From the human T2T-CHM13v2.0 reference genome, Homo sapiens, in NCBI RefSeq assembly GCF_009914755.1, contig NC_060943.1: a stretch of DNA of 64,000 bases. One strand, given 5' to 3'. Position 1 is the first letter of the stretch. Each line of letters starts with the position of its first letter. Position numbers and translations under genes: made by a program. The notes under the pieces were generated by a model. It was not told the DNA's origin, searched no databases, and was given only the letters and a program-made list of their open reading frames with translations. Below are positions 26,169 through 37,326 of this stretch, piece after piece.

Positions 26169-29100
26169 TCAACTCAGAGAGTTGAACGATCCTTTACACA
26201 GAGCAGACTTGAAACACTCTTTTTGTGGAATTTGCAAGTGGAGATTTCAGCCGCTTTGAGGTCAATGGTAGAATAGGAAATATCTTCCTATAGAAACTAG
26301 ACAGAATGATTCTCAGAAACTCCTTTGTGATGTGTGCGTTCAACTCACAGAGTTTAACCTTTCTTTTCATAGAGCAGTTAGGAAACACTCTGTTTGTAAA
26401 GTCTGCAAGTGGATATTCAGACATCCTTGAGGCTTTCGTTGGAAACGGGATTTCTTCATATTCTGCTAGAAAGAAGAATTCTCAGTAACTTCCTTGTGTT
26501 GTGTGTATTCAACTCACAGAGTTGAACGATCCTATACACAGAGCAGACTTGAAACACTCTTTTTGTGGAATTTGCAAGTGGAGATTTCAGCCGCTTTGAG
26601 GTCAATGGTAGAATAGGAAATATCTTCCTATAGAAACTAGACAGAATGATTCTCAGAAACTCCTTTGTGATGTGTGCGTTCAACTCACAGAGTTTAACCT
26701 TTCTTTTCATAGCGCAGTTGGGAAACACACTGTTTGTAAAGTCTGCAAGTGGATATTCAGACATCCTTGAGGCTTTCGTTGGAAACGGGATTTCTTCATA
26801 TTCTGCTAGAAAGAAGAATTCTCAGTAACTTCCTTGTGTTGTGTGTATTCAACTCACAGAGTTGAACGATCCTTTACACAGAGCAGACTTGAAACACTCT
26901 TTTTGCGGAATTTGCAAGTGGAGATTTCAGCCGCTTTGAGGTCAATGGTAGAATAGGAAATATCTTCCTATAGAAACTAGACAGAATGATTCTCAGAAAC
27001 TCCTTTGTGATGTGTGCGTTCAACTCACAGAGTTTAACCTTTCTTTTCATAGAGCAGTTGGGAAACACTCTGTTTGTAAAGTCTGCAAGTGGATATTCAG
27101 ACATCCTTGAGGCTTTCGTTGGAAACGGGATTTCTTCATATTCTGCTAGAAGGAAGAATTCTCAGTAACTTCCTTGTGTTGTGTGTATTCAACTCACAGA
27201 GTTGAACGATCCTTTACACAGAGCAGACTTGAAACACTCTTTTTGCGGAATTTGCAAGTGGAGATTTCAGCCGCTTTGAGGTCAATGGTAGAATAGGAAA
27301 TATCTTCCTATAGAAACTAGACAGAATGATTCTCAGAAACTCCTTTGTGATGTGTGCGTTCAACTCACACAGTTTAACCTTTCTTTTCATAGAGCAGTTG
27401 GGAAACACTCTGTTTGTAAAGTCTGCAAGTGGATATTCAGACCTCCTTGAGGCCTTCGTTGGAAACGGGATTTCTTCATATTATGCTAGACAGAAGAATT
27501 CTCAGTAACTTCCTTGTGTTGTGTGTATTCAACTCACAGAGTTGAACGATCCTTTACACAGAGCAGACTTGAAACACTCTTTTTGTGGAATTTGCAAGTG
27601 GAGATTTCAGCCGCTTTGAAGTCAATGCTGGAATAGGAAATATCTTCCTATAGAAACTAGACAGAATGATTCTCAGAAACTCCTTTGTGATGTGTGCGTT
27701 CAACTCACACAGTTTAACCTTTCTTTTCATAGAGCAGTTGGGAAACACTCTGTTTGTAAAGTCTGCAAGTGGATATTCAGACATCCTTGAGGCTTTCGTT
27801 GGAAACGGGATTTCTTCATATTCTGCTAGAAAGAAGAATTCTCAGTAACTTCCTTGTGTTGTGTGTATTCAACTCAGAGAGTTGAACGATCCTTTACACA
27901 GAGCAGACTTGAAACACTCTTTTTGTGGAATTTGCAAGTGGAGATTTCAGCCGCTTTGAGGTCAATGGTAGAATAGGAAATATCTTCCTATAGAAACTAG
28001 ACAGAATGATTCTCAGAAACTCCTTTGTGATGTGTGCGTTCAACTCACAGAGTTTAACCTTTCTTTTCATAGAGCAGTTAGGAAACACTCTGTTTGTAAA
28101 GTCTGCAAGTGGATATTCAGACATCCTTGAGGCTTTCGTTGGAAACGGGATTTCTTCATATTCTGCTAGAAAGAAGAATTCTCAGTAACTTCCTTGTGTT
28201 GTGTGTATTCAACTCACAGAGTTGAACGATCCTATACACAGAGCAGACTTGAAACACTCTTTTTGTGGAATTTGCAAGTGGAGATTTCAGCCGCTTTGAG
28301 GTCAATGGTAGAATAGGAAATATCTTCCTATAGAAACTAGACAGAATGATTCTCAGAAACTCCTTTGTGATGTGTGCGTTCAACTCACAGAGTTTAACCT
28401 TTCTTTTCATAGCGCAGTTGGGAAACACACTGTTTGTAAAGTCTGCAAGTGGATATTCAGACATCCTTGAGGCTTTCGTTGGAAACGGGATTTCTTCATA
28501 TTCTGCTAGAAAGAAGAATTCTCAGTAACTTCCTTGTGTTGTGTGTATTCAACTCACAGAGTTGAACGATCCTTTACACAGAGCAGACTTGAAACACTCT
28601 TTTTGCGGAATTTGCAAGTGGAGATTTCAGCCGCTTTGAGGTCAATGGTAGAATAGGAAATATCTTCCTATAGAAACTAGACAGAATGATTCTCAGAAAC
28701 TCCTTTGTGATGTGTGCGTTCAACTCACAGAGTTTAACCTTTCTTTTCATAGAGCAGTTGGGAAACACTCTGTTTGTAAAGTCTGCAAGTGGATATTCAG
28801 ACATCCTTGAGGCTTTCGTTGGAAACGGGATTTCTTCATATTCTGCTAGAAGGAAGAATTCTCAGTAACTTCCTTGTGTTGTGTGTATTCAACTCACAGA
28901 GTTGAACGATCCTTTACACAGAGCAGACTTGAAACACTCTTTTTGCGGAATTTGCAAGTGGAGATTTCAGCCGCTTTGAGGTCAATGGTAGAATAGGAAA
29001 TATCTTCCTATAGAAACTAGACAGAATGATTCTCAGAAACTCCTTTGTGATGTGTGCGTTCAACTCACACAGTTTAACCTTTCTTTTCATAGAGCAGTTG

Positions 29101-29568
29101 GGAAACACTCTGTTTGTAAAGTCTGCAAGTGGATATTCAGACCTCCTTGAGGCCTTCGTTGGAAACGGGATTTCTTCATATTATGCTAGACAGAAGAATT
29201 CTCAGTAACTTCCTTGTGTTGTGTGTATTCAACTCACAGAGTTGAACGATCCTTTACACAGAGCAGACTTGAAACACTCTTTTTGTGGAATTTGCAAGTG
29301 GAGATTTCAGCCGCTTTGAAGTCAATGCTGGAATAGGAAATATCTTCCTATAGAAACTAGACAGAATGATTCTCAGAAACTCCTTTGTGATGTGTGCGTT
29401 CAACTCACACAGTTTAAACTTTCTTTTCATAGAGCAGTTGGGAAACACTCTGTTTGTAAAGTCTGCAAGTGGATATTCAGACTTCTTTGAGGCCTTCGTT
29501 GGAAGCGGGATTTCTTCATGTTCTGCTAGACAGAAGAATTCTCAGTAACTTCCTTGTGTTGTGTGTAT
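26169..29568 (+). repeat. Tandem duplication with 5-dimer (1700 bp) period
   Basis: cctAtacac at 26534/28234, atgCtGgaa at 27628/29328 and ctcaGaga at 26177/27877. Confidence 0.83.
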
Positions 29569-32500
29569 TCAACTCAGAGAGTTGAACGATCCTTTACACA
29601 GAGCAGACTTGAAACACTCTTTTTGTGGAATTTGCAAGTGGAGATTTCAGCCGCTTTGAGGTCAATGGTAGAATAGGAAATATCTTCCTATAGAAACTAG
29701 ACAGAATGATTCTCAGAAACTCCTTTGTGATGTGTGCGTTCAACTCACAGAGTTTAACCTTTCTTTTCATAGAGCAGTTAGGAAACACTCTGTAAAGTCT
29801 GCAAGTGGATATTCAGACATCCTTGAGGCTTTCGTTGGAAACGGGATTTCTTCATATTCTGCTAGAAAGAAGAATTCTCAGTAACTTCCTTGTGTTGTGC
29901 GTATTCAACTCACAGAGTTGAACGATCCTTTACACAGAGCAGACTTGAAACACTCTTTTTGTGGAATTTGCAAGTGGAGATTTCAGCCGCTTTGAGGTCA
30001 ATGGTAGAATAGGAAATATCTTCCTATAGAAACTAGACAGAATGATTCTCAGAAACTCCTTTGTGATGTGTGCGTTCAACTCACAGAGTTTAACCTTTCT
30101 TTTCATAGCGCAGTTGGGAAACACTCTGTTTGTAAAGTCTGCAAGTGGATATTCAGACATCCTTGAGGCTTTCGTTGGAAACGGGATTTCTTCATATTCT
30201 GCTAGAAAGAAGAATTCTCAGTAACTTCCTTGTGTTGTGTGTATTCAACTCACAGAGTTGAACGATCCTTTACACAGAGCAGACTTGAAACACTCTTTTT
30301 GTGGAATTTGCAAGTGGAGATTTCAGCCGCTTTGAGGTCAATGGTAGAATAGGAAATATCTTCCTATAGAAACTAGACAGAATGATTCTCAGAAACTCCT
30401 TTGTGATGTGTGCGTTCAACTCACACAGTTTAACCTTTCTTTTCATAGAGCAGTTAGGAAACACTCTGTTTGTAAAGTCTGCAAGTGGATATTCAGACCT
30501 CCTTGAGGCCTTCGTTGGAAACGGGATTTCTTCATATTATGCTAGACAGAAGAATTCTCAGTAACTTCCTTGTGTTGTGTGTATTCAACTCACAGAGTTG
30601 AACGATCCTTTACACAGAGCAGACTTGAAACACTCTTTTTGTGGAATTTGCAAGTGGAGATTTCAGCCGCTTTGAGTTCAATGGTAGAATAGGAAATATC
30701 TTCCTATAGAAACTAGACAGAATGATTCTCAGAAACTCCTTTGTGATGTGTGCGTTCAACTCACAGAGTTCAACCTTTCTTTTCATAGAGCAGTTGGGAA
30801 ACACTCTGTTTGTAAAGTCTGCAAGTGGATATTCAGACTTCTTTGAGGCCTTCGTTGGAAGCGGGATTTCTTCATGTTCTGCTAGAAAGAAGAATTCTCA
30901 GTAACTTCCTTGTGTTGTGTGTATTCAACTCACAGAGTTGAACGATCCTATACACAGAGCAGACTTGAAACACTCTTTTTGTGGAATTTGCAAGTGGAGA
31001 TTTCAGCCGCTTTGAGGTCAATGGTAGAATAGGAAATATCTTCCTATAGAAACTAGACAGAATGATTCTCAGAAACTCCTTTGTGATGTGTGCGTTCAAC
31101 TCACAGAGTTTAACCTTTCTTTTCATAGCGCAGTTGGGAAACACACTGTTTGTAAAGTCTGCAAGTGGATATTCAGACATCCTTGAGGCTTTCGTTGGAA
31201 ACGGGATTTCTTCATATTCTGCTAGAAAGAAGAATTCTCAGTAACTTCCTTGTGTTGTGTGTATTCAACTCACAGAGTTGAACGATCCTTTACACAGAGC
31301 AGACTTGAAACACTCTTTTTGCGGAATTTGCAAGTGGAGATTTCAGCCGCTTTGAGGTCAATGGTAGAATAGGAAATATCTTCCTATAGAAACTAGACAG
31401 AATGATTCTCAGAAACTCCTTTGTGATGTGTGCGTTCAACTCACAGAGTTTAACCTTTCTTTTCATAGAGCAGTTGGGAAACACTCTGTTTGTAAAGTCT
31501 GCAAGTGGATATTCAGACATCCTTGAGGCTTTCGTTGGAAACGGGATTTCTTCATATTCTGCTAGAAGGAAGAATTCTCAGTAACTTCCTTGTGTTGTGT
31601 GTATTCAACTCACAGAGTTGAACGATCCTTTACACAGAGCAGACTTGAAACACTCTTTTTGCGGAATTTGCAAGTGGAGATTTCAGCCGCTTTGAGGTCA
31701 ATGGTAGAATAGGAAATATCTTCCTATAGAAACTAGACAGAATGATTCTCAGAAACTCCTTTGTGATGTGTGCGTTCAACTCACACAGTTTAACCTTTCT
31801 TTTCATAGAGCAGTTGGGAAACACTCTGTTTGTAAAGTCTGCAAGTGGATATTCAGACCTGCTTGAGGCCTTCGTTGGAAACGGGATTTCTTCATATTAT
31901 GCTAGACAGAAGAATTCTCAGTAACTTCCTTGTGTTGTGTGTATTCAACTCACAGAGTTGAACGATCCTTTACACAGAGCAGACTTGAAACACTCTTTTT
32001 GTGGAATTTGCAAGTGGAGATTTCAGCCGCTTTGAAGTCAATGCTGGAATAGGAAATATCTTCCTATAGAAACTAGACAGAATGATTCTCAGAAACTCCT
32101 TTGTGATGTGTGCGTTCAACTCACACAGTTTAACCTTTCTTTTCATAGAGCAGTTGGGAAACACTCTGTTTGTAAAGTCTGCAAGTGGATATTCAGACCT
32201 CCTTGAGGCCTTCGTTGGAAACGGGATTTCTTCATATTCTGCTAGAAAGAAGAATTCTCAGTAACTTCCTTGTGTTGTGTGTATTCAACTCACAGAGTTG
32301 AACGATCCTTTACACAGAGCAGACTTGAAACACTCTTTTTGTGGAATTTGCAAGTGGAGATTTCAGCCGCTTTGAGGTCAATGGTAGAATAGGAAATATC
32401 TTCCTATAGAAACTAGACAGAATGATTCTCAGAAACTCCTTTGTGATGTGTGCGTTCAACTCACAGAGTTTAACCTTTCTTTTCATAGAGCAGTTAGGAA

Positions 32501-34249
32501 ACACTCTGTTTGTAAAGTCTGCAAGTGGATATTCAGACATCCTTGAGGCTTTCGTTGGAAACGGGATTTCTTCATATTCTGCTAGAAAGAAGAATTCTCA
32601 GTAACTTCCTTGTGTTGTGTGTATTCAACTCACAGAGTTGAACGATCCTTTACACAGAGCAGACTTGAAACACTCTTTTTGTGGAATTTGCAAGTGGAGA
32701 TTTCAGCCGCTTTGAGGTCAATGGTAGAATAGGAAATATCTTCCTATAGAAACTAGACAGAATGATTCTCAGAAACTCCTTTGTGATGTGTGCGTTCAAC
32801 TCACAGAGTTTAACCTTTCTTTTCATAGAGCAGTTGGGAAACACTCTGTTTGTAAAGTCTGCAAGTGGATATTCAGACATCCTTGAGGCTTTCGTTGGAA
32901 ACGGGATTTCTTCATATTCTGCTAGAAAGAAGAATTCTCAGTAACGTCCTTGTGTTGTGTGTATTCAACTCACAGAGTTGAACGATCCTTTACACAGAGC
33001 AGACTTGAAACACTCTTTTTGTGGAATTTGCAAGTGGAGATTTCAGCCGCTTTGAGGTCAATGGTAGAATAGGAAATATCTTCCTATAGAAACTAGACAG
33101 AATGATTCTCAGAAACTCCTTTGTGATGTGTGCGTTCAACTCACAGAGTTCAACCTTTCTTTTCATAGAGCAGTTGGGAAACACTCTGTTTGTAAAGTCT
33201 GCAAGTGGATATTCAGACTTCTTTGAGGCCTTCGTTGGAAGCGGGATTTCTTCATGTTCTGCTAGAAAGAAGAATTCTCAGTAACTTCCTTGTGTTGTGT
33301 GTATTCAACTCACAGAGTTGAACGATCCTATACACAGAGCAGACTTGAAACACTCTTTTTGTGGAATTTGCAAGTGGAGATTTCAGCCGCTTTGAGGTCA
33401 ATGGTAGAATAGGAAATATCTTCCTATAGAAACTAGACAGAATGATTCTCAGAAACTCCTTTGTGATGTGTGCGTTCAACTCACAGAGTTCAACCTTTCT
33501 TTTCATAGAGCAGTTGGGAAACACTCTGTTTGTAAAGTCTGCAAGTGGATATTCAGACTTCTTTGAGGCCTTCGTTGGAAGCGGGATTTCTTCATGTTCT
33601 GCTAGAAAGAAGAATTCTCAGTAACTTCCTTGTGTTGTGTGTATTCAACTCACAGAGTTGAACGATCCTATACACAGAGCAGACTTGAAACACTCTTTTT
33701 GTGGAATTTGCAAGTGGAGATTTCAGCCGCTTTGAGGTCAATGGTAGAATAGGAAATATCTTCCTATAGAAACTAGACAGAATGATTCTCAGAAACTCCT
33801 TTGTGATGTGTGCGTTCAACTCACAGAGTTTAACCTTTCTTTTCATAGCGCAGTTGGGAAACACACTGTTTGTAAAGTCTGCAAGTGGATATTCAGACAT
33901 CCTTGAGGCTTTCGTTGGAAACGGGATTTCTTCATATTCTGCTAGAAGGAAGAATTCTCAGTAACTTCCTTGTGTTGTGTGTATTCAACTCACAGAGTTG
34001 AACGATCCTTTACACAGAGCAGACTTGAAACACTCTTTTTGCGGAATTTGCAAGTGGAGATTTCAGCCGCTTTGAGGTCAATGGTAGAATAGGAAATATC
34101 TTCCTATAGAAACTAGACAGAATGATTCTCAGAAACTCCTTTGTGATGTGTGCGTTCAACTCACACAGTTTAACCTTTCTTTTCATAGAGCAGTTGGGAA
34201 ACACTCTGTTTGTAAAGTCTGCAAGTGGATATTCAGACCTGCTTGAGGC

Positions 34250-34266
34250 CTTCGTTGGAAACGGCA
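34250..34266 (+). promoter_or_regulatory. CENP-B box with core mutation (CGGG>CGGC), predicted impaired
   Basis: CTTCGTTGGAAACGGCA, G>C at 34265. Confidence 0.8.
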
Positions 34267-37200
34267 TTTCTTCATATTATGCTAGACAGAAGAATTCTCA
34301 GTAACTTCCTTGTGTTGTGTGTATTCAACTCACAGAGTTGAACGATCCTTTACACAGAGCAGACTTGAAACACTCTTTTTGTGGAATTTGCAAGTGGAGA
34401 TTTCAGCCGCTTTGAGTTCAATGGTAGAATAGGAAATATCTTCCTATAGAAACTAGACAGAATGATTCTCAGAAACTCCTTTGTGATGTGTGCGTTCAAC
34501 TCACAGAGTTCAACCTTTCTTTTCATAGAGCAGTTGGGAAACACTCTGTTTGTAAAGTCTGCAAGTGGATATTCAGACTTCTTTGAGGCCTTCGTTGGAA
34601 ACGGGATTTCTTCATATTCTGCTAGACAGAAGAATTCTCAGTAACTGCCTTGTGTTGTGTGTATTCAACTCACAGAGTTGAACGATCCTTTACACAGAGC
34701 AGACTTGAAACACTCTTTTTGTGGAATTTGCAAGTGGAGATTTCAGCCGCTTTGAGGTCAATGGTAGAATAGGAAATATCTTCCTATAGAAACTAGACAG
34801 AATGATTCTCAGAAACTCCTTTGTGATGTGTGCGTTCAACTCACAGAGTTTACCCTTTCTTTTCATAGAGCAGTTAGGAAACACTCTGTTTGTAAAGTCT
34901 GCAAGTGGATATTCAGACATCCTTGAGGCTTTCGTTGGAAACGGGATTTCTTCATATTCTGCTAGAAAGAAGAATTCTCAGTAACTTCCTTGTGTTGTGT
35001 GTATTCAACTCACAGAGTTGAACGATCCTTTACACAGAGCAGACTTGAAACACTCTTTTTGTGGAATTTGCAAGTGGAGATTTCAGCCGCTTTGAGGTCA
35101 ATGGTAGAATAGGAAATATCTTCCTATAGAAACTAGACAGAATGATTCTCAGAAACTCCTTTGTGATGTGTGCGTTCAACTCACACAGTTTAACCTTTCT
35201 TTTCATAGAGCAGTTAGGAAACACTCTGTTTGTAAAGTCTGCAAGTGGATATTCAGACCTCCTTGAGGCCTTCGTTGGAAACGGGATTTCTTCATATTAT
35301 GCTAGACAGAAGAATTCTCAGTAACTTCCTTGTGTTGTGTGTATTCAACTCACAGAGTTGAACGATCCTTTACACAGAGCAGACTTGAAACACTCTTTTT
35401 GTGGAATTTGCAAGTGGAGATTTCAGCCGCTTTGAGTTCAATGGTAGAATAGGAAATATCTTCCTATAGAAACTAGACAGAATGATTCTCAGAAACTCCT
35501 TTGTGATGTGTGCGTTCAACTCACAGAGTTCAACCTTTCTTTTCATAGAGCAGTTGGGAAACACTCTGTTTGTAAAGTCTGCAAGTGGATATTCAGACTT
35601 CTTTGAGGCCTTCGTTGGAAGCGGGATTTCTTCATGTTCTGCTAGAAAGAAGAATTCTCAGTAACTTCCTTGTGTTGTGTGTATTCAACTCACAGAGTTG
35701 AACGATCCTATACACAGAGCAGACTTGAAACACTCTTTTTGTGGAATTTGCAAGTGGAGATTTCAGCCGCTTTGAGGTCAATGGTAGAATAGGAAATATC
35801 TTCCTATAGAAACTAGACAGAATGATTCTCAGAAACTCCTTTGTGATGTGTGCGTTCAACTCACAGAGTTTAACCTTTCTTTTCATAGCGCAGTTGGGAA
35901 ACACACTGTTTGTAAAGTCTGCAAGTGGATATTCAGACATCCTTGAGGCTTTCGTTGGAAACGGGATTTCTTCATATTCTGCTAGAAAGAAGAATTCTCA
36001 GTAACTTCCTTGTGTTGTGTGTATTCAACTCACAGAGTTGAACGATCCTTTACACAGAGCAGACTTGAAACACTCTTTTTGCGGAATTTGCAAGTGGAGA
36101 TTTCAGCCGCTTTGAGGTCAATGGTAGAATAGGAAATATCTTCCTATAGAAACTAGACAGAATGATTCTCAGAAACTCCTTTGTGATGTGTGCGTTCAAC
36201 TCACAGAGTTTAACCTTTCTTTTCATAGAGCAGTTGGGAAACACTCTGTTTGTAAAGTCTGCAAGTGGATATTCAGACATCCTTGAGGCTTTCGTTGGAA
36301 ACGGGATTTCTTCATATTCTGCTAGAAGGAAGAATTCTCAGTAACTTCCTTGTGTTGTGTGTATTCAACTCACAGAGTTGAACGATCCTTTACACAGAGC
36401 AGACTTGAAACACTCTTTTTGCGGAATTTGCAAGTGGAGATTTCAGCCGCTTTGAGGTCAATGGTAGAATAGGAAATATCTTCCTATAGAAACTAGACAG
36501 AATGATTCTCAGAAACTCCTTTGTGATGTGTGCGTTCAACTCACACAGTTTAACCTTTCTTTTCATAGAGCAGTTGGGAAACACTCTGTTTGTAAAGTCT
36601 GCAAGTGGATATTCAGACCTGCTTGAGGCCTTCGTTGGAAACGGGATTTCTTCATATTATGCTAGACAGAAGAATTCTCAGTAACTTCCTTGTGTTGTGT
36701 GTATTCAACTCACAGAGTTGAACGATCCTTTACACAGAGCAGACTTGAAACACTCTTTTTGTGGAATTTGCAAGTGGAGATTTCAGCCGCTTTGAAGTCA
36801 ATGCTGGAATAGGAAATATCTTCCTATAGAAACTAGACAGAATGATTCTCAGAAACTCCTTTGTGATGTGTGCGTTCAACTCACACAGTTTAACCTTTCT
36901 TTTCATAGAGCAGTTGGGAAACACTCTGTTTGTAAAGTCTGCAAGTGGATATTCAGACCTCCTTGAGGCCTTCGTTGGAAACGGGATTTCTTCATATTCT
37001 GCTAGAAAGAAGAATTCTCAGTAACTTCCTTGTGTTGTGTGTATTCAACTCACAGAGTTGAACGATCCTTTACACAGAGCAGACTTGAAACACTCTTTTT
37101 GCGGAATTTGCAAGTGGAGATTTCAGCCGCTTTGAGGTCAATGGTAGAATAGGAAATATCTTCCTATAGAAACTAGACAGAATGATTCTCAGAAACTCCT

Positions 37201-37309
37201 TTGTGATGTGTGCGTTCAACTCACACAGTTTAACCTTTCTTTTCATAGAGCAGTTGGGAAACACTCTGTTTGTAAAGTCTGCAAGTGGATATTCAGACCT
37301 GCTTGAGGC

Positions 37310-37326
37310 CTTCGTTGGAAACGGCA
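37310..37326 (+). promoter_or_regulatory. Duplicated CENP-B box with core mutation (CGGG>CGGC)
   Basis: CTTCGTTGGAAACGGCA, G>C at 37325, exactly 3060 bp after the first copy. Confidence 0.8.
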
